Shown here: in pieces, positions 23,302-33,237 of the stretch
How the letters are laid out: each line of letters opens with the position of its first letter
Position numbering within the stretch: position 1 is the stretch's first letter
Origin: Zygnema circumcarinatum SAG 698-1b
Taxonomy: Eukaryota; Plantae; Zygnematophyceae
DNA length: 64,000 bases
Assembly: GCA_037447605.1 (NCBI GenBank)
Contig: CM074819.1
Location: 186,001-250,000, forward strand
Direction of reading: 5' to 3'
Made by a program: the position numbers and the translations under genes
Notes under the pieces: generated by a model
Databases searched by the model: none
Seen by the model: the letters and a program-made list of their open reading frames with translations, nothing else
Told to the model about the DNA's origin: nothing

Positions 23302-24285
23302 TTAGTACTATAATTCAAACGTTACGACACGTAACGTCACATCATCTCTCACATAACGCATATGTCGACAATGTTTCTTCCGTGACGCTTAACAACTTTA
23401 CCAAAGGGACGAATATGGCACGTCTCGTGGAATGATGGTTTGGTACATACTCTATTCGTACATGCTCGAAAAAGTGAAGAGAGCGCTAGCACGTTTTGGA
23501 TGCCCACAGTGGAAGGGTAGGTGTGGGAAGATGATGAATAACGGGAGATAGGGCCTGTGATGGAAAGACGATAGAGGTGGATGGTTGAGATTCAGAAATG
23601 GAGTAAAAGCGGAGGTGGGACTATTAGACACATGAAGCCAACTGGTTGTATGATCGGAGTACTTAGTCAAGTACATTTGAAAATGACTTGAAAACTTGAA
23701 GAACTTTTATGCATGTTTAAGGAATGCCAATAACAGAACACCGTCCGAAACGTTTACATTTTCCAAAGGCGAAACCTTTATGCACATGGAACCTCCTAAG
23801 CGTGTCCCCCCTCCCTCTCCCCCTCCCTCCCTCCCTCCCTCCCCCTCCTCCCTCTCTCCCTCTCCCTCCCTCCCTCTCCCTCCCTCTCCCTCGCCCTTCC
23901 TCCGCTCTCCTTCTCTCCTCTCCCTCTCCCTCTCCCTCTCCTCTCCTCTCCTCTTCCTCTCCCTCTCCCTCTCCCTCCCTCCTCCCTCTCCCTCTCCCTC
24001 TCCCTCTCCCTCTCCCTCCCTCTTCCTTTCTCCCTCTCCTCCCTTCCTTCCCTTTTCCTCTTCCTTCTCTTCCTTCTTCTTTCTTCTTCTTCTTCTCTTT
24101 CTTCTTCTTTCTTTCCCTTCTTTCTTTCTTCTTCTTCCTTCTTTCCTTCTTCTTTCCTTCTTCTTCTTTTCCTTCTTCTCTCTTCTCTTCTTCTCTCTTC
24201 TTCCTTCTCTTCCCTTCTCTCCCTCCCTCTCCTCCCTCCCTCCCTCTCTCTCTCTCTCTCGTCTTTGCTGCATTACTGTTTTTCT

Positions 24286-26269
24286 TCACCAAAACCAAGA
24301 AACCCAGAAACGGTTCCCATGAGCTAACATATTATAAGCTGCAAACCCAACGGCCAACCGAAGTATGAGGACCAGGGAAATGGGAAATAGGAGGGGAAGG
24401 GGGATGAGGAGGAGGAGAGGCAAGAGAAAGGAGATAGGAAAGTAGAGGAGCAATGGAAGGAGGAGAGTAAGGAGGGCGATGAAGTAGATAAGTCGGCGGT
24501 AGATGTGATTTAGATCCAGACGGACGACGTTTCGGACAGACCCAGATGCCGCCGCCGCCACCATCGCCGCCGCTAGCACTGTCCGGTGCGCGTTTTCGTC
24601 GGAGAGTCGACGAGCATCGAACTCTCGCCACCGCCCTTCCCTCGTCTGCTTGAAGGCGCGGAGGGCGCTGCGGAAGCAACTCGACTCGAGAGGAGGAGTG
24701 CGGCGCTTCTGATCGGTGGGGGCGGGCGGGCGGGGGCAACAAGACAGAGTCAGTCGGCATCGGCTGAAGCGGCGGGAGGGGTCGTCCTTGGGTCCACGCC
24801 TGCGGCTGGCATTCAACTTTTTAAAGCAGAAATAATTGACTATCATGGAATCCATCATCTTCAAAAATGGCGATTAAATCAAAAGCCTAAGAGGGTCTAC
24901 CGACGTCCTCGTGGAATGAATGTAGAAAGAGGACCCACCACTGTTTGGCACAAAGCCACCAGCTCCGAACCCCCCAATCCTTCGCACATCCATGCGATGG
25001 AGAGAAGGTCTAATCTATTTGCCAATGCAGCCCCCTGCCCCCCCGCCTCCCCCAGAAATTGTTCAGCTAAGCATGCCCTGTATTTACACTTTCATGAAGG
25101 TTACAAAAAAATATGCAATATGAAATTCGTCCACTTGTATTAACTTCCAATTGTTTTATCCTCTTGCCCACCTGGAGACCGATTCGAAGAATTTCAGCAC
25201 GCTGGGGAAGGTCAGGGAGGTCAATGAAGTATTGCAGAGTGCGTGGTGATACCGAACTCTGATCGATGATTCCATTGCTCTCACAAATTACCACCACGCA
25301 TGCCCGGCCTGCATTCACAATGACTACATCTCTTCCTTAAAGCTAAATACATAACAGATAGAATCTGCCTTGTTTTCCTCCTTCATTGTAGGATGTTAAG
25401 ACCCCTCATAACATATGCTTACAGGCACAAAAAGCTTGAGAGAAGAAAATCATGTGCTTTAGACCCTAAAGGACTCACTCGTTTCAGCGAAATCGTACCA
25501 CAAGTCCATAAAATCTTTCACCATTCTGTCTTCAAGCGAAGTCGGAGGCTCGAGGCCCCAAAAGCGTTCGGCTTTTTCCACATGAATGATGCACCGCCCC
25601 ATCTTCTCCGCCAGTGTGAACACGGATTTTACTGCACATAGACGCTAACACATGGTTAGTGCAGCGGCTAGGTGCTTAAATTACGTGGCGCCGCCTCAAA
25701 CATTCTCACACGGATCGTCTAATTCGATTCAAGAACGAGGAACTCTACCCAGACGGGGCGCATCCCATGGGAGCCTGAGGATGACATCGCTCATCGTCAG
25801 CTTGATGAGGGCCGCTCTTGCTTCATTTGCAGCAGCTTGCACCAATAAAGTTTTACCGCAGCCCGGTGGCCCGGTCAGCAGGACAACCTTTGAATACCTG
25901 CTTGACAAACAGTGTATGAACACTAAGATGAGTAAATTATTCTCAATCAAAAAATGACGACTACACACAGCTGCTTTCATGGGTTTTCCGTCTATAGGAG
26001 GGGTAAAAAAAACTTGAATGAGAGGGTGGACAAAACAAGGAATGACATGCCCTGGCAACTGGAATACGATGTGTAGAAGAGGAAAAGGCAGAGGGATCAT
26101 AGAGAATACAGATGAGAGGTGATGGGAGCATGTAAGGAAGGAATCGGCGACAAAGAGTCGTGGTCGGATGTCGGAAATAAACATAGACGCAAAGTAAAGG
26201 GCAGGGGCAGGGGAAGGGGGAGGTAATGGAGGAGGGGAGAGGGGAGAGGNNNNNNNNNNGGGGAGAGGG

Positions 26270-26300
<31 letters not shown>

Positions 26301-26811
26301 GTGAAGACGTAGCTACCCTAGTTCAGACGCAGTGGAAGCCTCTTCTTCCTCTTCAGTCAACAAGCGAACGACACGGTCCTTAATGCCGTCTTTCACGAAG
26401 TCATAGCCACCAATCAATCGAAAAAGCTTGCAATAATCTTGTGGCCATACAAGGTCCCTTTCGACTATATTCTGCACACATTTTTAAACAATGATTGAAT
26501 GAAAAAATAAATAAATAATAGAAGTTGCCCAACTACATGATGTCGAAAGCAGCAACAATAATCAATTGTGGTGATTAAACTCACAAAACGGTAAATCCAA
26601 AAGCTGTTTTCTTCCTTCTGCTCACCTCCCACATGTTTATCGATGGAAACGGCCTTCCCAAGTACTGACTGATGGCCATCCTCTTTCTTTTCCTTTTGTC
26701 TTTTTCCGAACGCGTTAGCATAATTTCACGTACTTCACAAACTAATTCAAAAACTAATAAGATGAATTCGATCCAGGGTGGAAATTCCATTTTAAAGGAC
26801 CGGAGTGCCAC
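24286..26811 (-). CDS. MSP1/ATAD1-family AAA+ protein with degenerate catalytic motifs; the 5' end may extend to ~27390
   Basis: Exons include ...-26626 (AISQYLGRPFPSINMWE), 26471-26317, 25897-25749 (Walker A GPPGCGKT), 25631-25479, 25308-25172, ~25070-24901 (LDLLSIAWMCEGLGGSELVALCQ) and 24805-.... These are colinear with plant MSP1 (ISKRLGRP..TNPYE / IGGL / GPPGTGKT / DAQKLV.AVF / MKTEFMALWDGF / CEGYTGSDI). One junction (25172 to ~25070) could not be put in phase by eye. Confidence 0.8.
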
Positions 26812-28903
26812 ACCTAAAACTGTAAAACGATCTGGAAACCCGTTCCTCTTCCCTTCTTATTGTATCCTGTTTTTTCCTCCCTCCTCTCGTTTTCCCCTCT
26901 TCCTCTTCCTCCACCGCACCCTTTCCTCTCCCCCTGCCACTCCCTCTTCCCTACCCTTCTCCTGTCCCTCGCCTTCCCCTCCCCCCCGTCTCTCCCGGGA
27001 GCAACTCTCCTATTCCACTTCGGTTTCCGAGGAGTAACCCTCCACGCGTCCCTCGGGACAACAAGCCTCTGGTTTGACTGTCCCAATGTGAGGCATTTTG
27101 GATCGACGGCGAACAAATGGGAAATTGACAACTCAGAAAAGTAGAACAATCATTTAGACAAATTTCGTCAAGGACATCACCAGGTGTCGTTATAATGAAT
27201 AAAGAAAGATTTTTTGCATAAGCTTCAAAATAATTTTTATTATTAAGACGAAAAGAAATCGATTGGCCAGGACGAGGAGGACGCGCGCGGCCGCCTGCGC
27301 GACGCTTGCGGCCGCTATGGCGCCGCTTCCCGCGAGCTTCCGCAGCTGGGGGGCCGACAGGCAGCTGCAAAAATTCTTCCGGAACACGTCGACGTGCGAA
27401 TCAGGATGTGGTCAATGTAATTTTTTTCGCCCTGTACCTCTCTCGCCGCCTCTCCGTGGCAGAGAGAGAGGGAAAGGCAGACAGAGAGGGAAAGGGAGAC
27501 GAAGGGAGAGGGGGGAGAGCTCCCGAATGAATGGGGAAGGGAGAAATAAAGATGCCATTCTCTCACACTCTCTTTCTTCTTTGCTCTCACTCTCTCTCTT
27601 GCTCTCTCTCACGGCAGGTTGCCACTCTCTCCTCTCACGCCAGCTCCTCCCCCCCTCTCACTCGTGCGTGAGAGCGAGAGAGAGAGAGAGGAAAGGCTGT
27701 CAAATGACAGAGGAAGGAAGAGAAAGAGATGCCTCTTTCTCTCTTTCTCGCTCTGACGTCTTCTCGCCCTCCCTCGCACTAGTCCTCACGGCAGCCTTTC
27801 TTTCTCTCGTCTCACGGAAGCCCGTCTTTCTTTCTCTCTCTGTTGTTAGTGTCGAAGGGAGAGAGAGAGAACGGAGGAGAAGGGATAGAAAGAGATGCCT
27901 CGAGACTCCTCTCCCTCTCTCCCACTCCCTCTCTCTCCCACCCTCGCTCTTCTCGCCCTCTCTCACTCTCTCTCTCTCTCCTTTCACGACAGGCTCTCTC
28001 TATCTCGCAGAGAGAGAGGGAGTTTTGCTATGAGGAAAGGGAAGTGAACCATTGATGCCACATCATTCTCCATTGACCTTGTCCTTTGGTTCCCTATTTT
28101 AATTTTGTCCATGTACATTTGATGGCATCGCCATCGTGAAATCAATGCCACTTCCTTCACTTGAATATGTGGCACTGATCTCACGCATGGCGATGAGGCC
28201 ATCACAAAGTCAGCACGGGAACCACGAGGAACAACTGCCCGCAAAGGACCTAAGCACAGAGGAATCAAGCTCGGAGCGGAAAGCCACGCCTCGGCTCAAC
28301 ACCGCTGCAAGCATTCCCGCTCTCGAAGCACCCGCGAAGGTCCACCGTCACGGCCACCAACAACCGCGGCTTGACGCCGGAAGCGTTCCACAGGTCGGAC
28401 AATGGGATCGGCAACCATTGGGCAACCATTAGATGGCAATGGTTGGACGTTGGTTGGAATGGTTGGTAACCATTGGCGACCATTGGCAATGGTTTTTTCG
28501 GTCCGGCCACAATGGTTGGAACCATTGCCAATGGTTGGCAATTGAATGGTTCTGAACATTGGCAATGGTTGGCTGGGTCAGGGATCAATGACGGTTTGCA
28601 ACCATTCGAATGGTTGGGTTCAATGATGGTTTTGGATTCACCAACCATCCAATAGTCCGACTTATGCAGAGTCTGCAGTAGGGTTGGGGGCACGGGGGCA
28701 CGGGCATGCCCGGGGGGGGGGGCATGCCCCCCNNNNNNNNNNGGCACAGACTCTTCTTCCTCTTCTTCCTCTTCCTCCCGTGATGTCTACTACTCGCCCG
28801 TTACCAGAAGAAAGTCGACCAACCTTTATGCAGTCTTTGCGTAGTGAACCTCTCGAATGGGTGCCACCGGAGTCTGCTTTGTCAAATGCGTGGGATGGGT
28901 TCC

Positions 28904-29345
28904 TGTAACAAACCCGCCCTCGGCAGGGTTCGAACACAGGACCTCCCGGTACCCACACCAGTGCTTTACCATTAAAAGGCAACCGCGGATGTAAGTACTC
29001 GGCCATACAACCCATGTATAGCGTTTCGCTACATTCCTCCCCACCTAAACCGGGCTCGTCCTCGAGCGCAGTCAAGGTTTTTCACGAGCAGCGTTCAAGC
29101 TCTTTCAACACATGAAGGTGGCGTACGGTTCAGACCCTCTGGTCAACCGTACCATGCTCAGAGATCACGGTGTTTTTAGGGTGGATTGCAAATACCAGTC
29201 CTTAGGCTCTGATACCAATGTAACTAATCTGCCCGCAGCGCGGTTCAACTGTGACCTCCCTTGCATTCACCTAAGTAAGTTTACCACAAAAGGCAACCCG
29301 ATGTAAGTACTCGGCCATACAACCCATGTATAGCGTTTCGCTACA
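28904..29345 (-). mobile_element. TRIM (terminal-repeat retrotransposon in miniature), 442 bp
   Basis: LTRs at 29345-29219 (127 bp) and 29033-28904 (130 bp), both TGTAGCG...TTACA. The PBS is TGGTATCAGAGCC (29217-29205) and the PPT is AGGTGGGGAGGAA (29046-29034). The 185-bp interior is non-coding. Confidence 0.88.
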
Positions 29346-29348
29346 AAA

Positions 29349-30005
29349 TGTAACGACTGAAAACCTCCTCTTCAGCCTGCGCGGAATAACACACCAGCAC
29401 TCAGAGTTCAGCGAGAGGGAGAGAGAGCTTCAAAGAGTGGCGCAGCCCTGGTCAGGGGTGCAACCGTATGCCGGTATGTTGGTTGGGTGACGACAGTCAC
29501 CCGCTACCTTTACGCTTCCCAGTTGAAACCTCCTCGTTATGTAGTGATTGAAGGTAGCCGTCTAATGGCGCATCACACGTGCGGTCCCTCCTCTCGACCA
29601 AATGGGGCCGTAGAGGTACAACGCATTTAACGTCACCGCATTCCATGCGCGCTGGCCAGACGTTGCTGCACGGTCGATCCTACAAGGCAAGTCCACCGAC
29701 AAATTGCCCTTCAACTAACGGTAACCCGTGAATTGTATCGACGACGTTACGTCTAAACGTAAGGAAGATGTGGCCGGATTCCGCGGATCCTCGACACGGG
29801 CACGCCATACATATATGTCTCAGTATATCAGCGCGCCGTATCGTAACCCCTTTGCGCACCTTCAAGTAGCAGCCTCGCATCCCGTGACCCTTCCCCGTCC
29901 TAGGTGGTCCTCACTTTGGCCACTGCCTCACGCTTCTCGTGAGAGTACTAGGACGGAGCGCGCCCTAAGTACACCTCCCGTGGGTGACTGTAGCGTTTCG
30001 CTACA
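29349..30005 (-). mobile_element. Solo LTR of the same gypsy family as 13389-14090
   Basis: The minus strand starts TGTAGCGAAACGCTACA and ends CAGTCGTTACA. It shares blocks with 13389-14090 (gtgtacttagggcgc, gtggccaa, gacatatatgta, gagtgctggtgtg, gctgaaga). Confidence 0.85.
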
Positions 30006-32073
30006 GTTCCTCTGCTCTCAAAAGAAGAAGGAGGGGTCAACTAATCGTTACGCAGCTAAGTGCAGTCGATGTGATGTGTATATGGACGGGAAACCAGACC
30101 GCCTTGAAGCTCATGTACGAAAGTGTGAAAGCATGACTGCAGAAGACTGTGAAGCTTACAGATTGATGAGAAAAGCCAATCCAAATGGCCAAATGAAGGA
30201 CGTTAGGGCACTTAGGTTAGCCCGTTCACATCTACTTGGGAATCAAAGTCAACTCAAAATCCTACCAAAACGCAGCCGCTCTGAAGTCCCGGATGTAAAT
30301 TCAGGTGGATCACATCATTTGACTGACTACTACCCACGACCGATGAGTCTCCATATGCGGCTTCTCAATAGCTGCATCAGCTCTGGTTTACCCTTTCGAG
30401 TGGTAGAAAACTCGCATTTCAGAGATTTTCTTGAACAGTTAAACCCTGCATACACATTACCTTCTCGGAGCACACTGACAAACACCATTCTTCCTAGGGC
30501 CTATGGTGATACTTGGTCAAAGACAATAGAGACGATATCCCAGATTACAAATGTTACTTTAGCATTGGATGGTTGGACCGATGTCTCTGGCAATCAAATT
30601 TTTGGATTTATGGCTTTAACAGGGGAAGGTAGGGGTCTTATCCTAAGTATCGAGCACCTGACAAATAGGCCAACAGCGGACAATCTTTTGACCCTTTTAT
30701 CAAAAGTCACAGCTAAAGTCGGACTATCAGTTTCAAAGTCAGTTCGTGCTATTGTCACAGATAATCCTACTGTTATGACATGTCTTAGGGGGAGATTTTT
30801 GGAAGAGAATCCTAGTGTAGTCTCTATCAATTGCATTCTTCACACTTTTAATAGCTTGACCAAGGATATAGCAAGTTTGTCTTCAGTCAAGGAAGTGTTC
30901 AAGGCCAACCAGACGATAGTTAATTTCTTCAACAGGTCTCACTTTTGGAGTTCAACTCTGAAGAAATGGATGAATTGGCAAACATCAAGAGGTGGCTTTC
31001 AACCTTTTGTGAGACACGTTGGTATTCTATGGTACTCGTATGTGAGAGTATCCAAGAGTTCTAGGAAGGATTCAAATATTGCTTGGAGGTGGCAGGCAAA
31101 GACAACAATCCTAGTGTGGATATGCGAATCAAGAACATTATTGGAGATACAGTGCACTTCGCAAGGAACGAGCAGTTGCTCCAAGTTTTACGACCAATAG
31201 GTGATGCAATTGCCCGTCTAGAGAGATATGACGCAACAGTGGACTCGGTGCTGGCAGAATTTCTTGGACTCTACAAGTTATTGATTGACTTGGACTTGCC
31301 AGGGTCCCTAATTTCAGTCCGTCAACATCTGCTTGAACGAATCTCGGTTAGAGCTGGTCCATACTTGGAAAAAGATTTCCATTTTTGTGCTAGCTTTATT
31401 CCTCAACCCCAAATACAAGAAATTTGCTACATCAAAAAAGTTCACTCCCAAAGTCATATGGAATACTGTCGTAGTGTGGTGCTACAGGTGGTTGATTTTC
31501 ACTGGAGTAGAGATGGCACGTCTTCGAACGGAGTTTTCAGGGTATGTGAATGGAGACAAGAAGTTTGAAAAAACCTTACACTTTGAAGTCCGAGAATATT
31601 GGGACAAGATATTCGGGGCTCCTGAACTCCGCAAGTTAGCCAAGATCATTTTTTCCCTGGTTCCCCATTCAGCTGATGTGGAACGACTTTTTTCTACTTT
31701 GGGTCTAACCAAGACCAACTTGAGGAACAGAATGACGGTGGATAATCTTGAGATGCTTGCAGTTTTGAAGAGTGAGCTTAATCCACCTCAAGAAAGGAGT
31801 GGGATATGGAAGCATTTTTAGAGCATTAGATTACTTGTGAAGACCGATTTTCTTGGTTTTTTATGTTGTTTTGCTTTCAGTATTTCAAAGACCTTAAAGA
31901 TTTTGGGTTTACAGCAATAACAATAACATCAGTAGCAGCAGCAATAACAACTAAGAGGTGCCACATATCATAGTATTGGTGGTGCTTTTGTTAGTAATGG
32001 GAGACTCTTGGGAGGGTGTTGAAAATAGAAGACCGATTTCCACATTCCACATTTCCGATTTCTATTTTCAATT

Positions 32074-32148
<75 letters not shown>

Positions 32149-33237
32149 TCTCTCTTAGGGTGAGGAGTGGGAGGCAGACAAGAGATAAGAGGGGTAATAC
32201 AAGTGAGAAGAGGCATAAGGAGAGTTGAGAGGTGAGAACTAAAAGCTAAAAAACTGTGCTGTGCTGGATCCTCAGTTTTGAGAGTTGTGTTGAGTACTGT
32301 CCGTACTTTTCATATTTTCCGTACATTTGTACCTTGATCCGTACGTTTAGTACATTCATCTGTACTTTCCGTACCTTCATCCGTATCGTTTTTAAAATAT
32401 TATATTCTTTTTGGGGCCGATTTGAATTGCTCAATGCAGTCACGTCACGGGGCACGAAAAAGGGGCATGCCCCCCCCCCCTTGGGGGGGGGGGCACGTGC
32501 CCCTGGGCACGGGTCGGAGGGGGACCGTGCCCCCAACCCTAGTCTGCAGACTCTGCAGTCAGTTACCAAGGTGTGTGCGCGAGCAAGCCACTACGGTAGT
32601 GAATAGTGAGAGAGAAGGCCCACAGGCCATAGTGCGACATCGCGCAGTTGACTGAGCCAATGACGTACGTCGCATTACGGAGGACGGGAGGGGACGTTGT
32701 TTGACGCCGATATGCTCGGTACGGTACCCCTACCGGAGTAAGTTGAAAGGTATCGTGATTACGTTCAACTTCGGCCCCACTACCGTACGTACCAGTGTCC
32801 GACGCCTCTCGTGGGAGGTACGGCACGGTACGTGGAGATAAGGCGACCAGCGGGAGCGCTGTGGGCGGAAGGGGAGTGCCCGAGAGGAAGGGAGAAGGGC
32901 AGAGCGAGGGAGAGCGAGAGACCGAGGGTGTCAGCGAACGGAGTGACGAGAGACAGGCACAGGTCATGTGGAGGCACAATGACCGTCTGCCTGGAGAGTT
33001 CTCCTAGGCAGAGAGGAGCTTCTCCGGGTCTTTTTCCTTTTAGGCTTTCCACAGGGTGTTGCGTCTGCAGCTTCTTTCCCTCTTCTCCTTCGCCGGTTTG
33101 GCAAAAAGCGGCTGAAAACTACTGCAGATTTACGAGGAAATCTAGTGGAAGCTTAAGGGAGAAACGAAGGAGTGAAAAGTGGAAGGAGCAGGCTGTTGAA
33201 AGGAGCAGAGTTGCAGGAGCACTGAGGGACGGAAATT

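Larger units (their letters stand above)
28783..31821 (+). pseudogene. hAT transposase interrupted by an LTR composite and carrying frameshifts and a stop
   Basis: Removing 28904-30010 restores the frame AWDGFL-CSQKKK...KCSRCD...HVRKC (BED finger). It then contains LALDGWTD, VTDN, CILH, (frameshifted) CETRWYS and HSADVERLFS across ORFs 29728-31200, 31083-31568 and 31333-31821. Confidence 0.9.
28679..32541 (+). mobile_element. hAT DNA transposon (complete ends, defective transposase)
   Basis: 17-bp TIRs TAGGGTTGGGGGCACGG / CCGTGCCCCCAACCCTA, an 8-bp TSD GTCTGCAG (28671-28678 and 32542-32549), and CCGTAC subterminal repeats at 32290-32390. Confidence 0.93.

Noticed and set aside
28917-28991. 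Functional tRNA gene
   Set aside because: The anticodon and T stems do not pair and the sequence lies inside an LTR. It is kept only as a tRNA-like module.
29728-30010. N-terminal ~95 aa of ORF 29728-31200 as part of the transposase
   Set aside because: It is fortuitous read-through from the solo LTR. The real N-terminus is at 28783, before the insertion.
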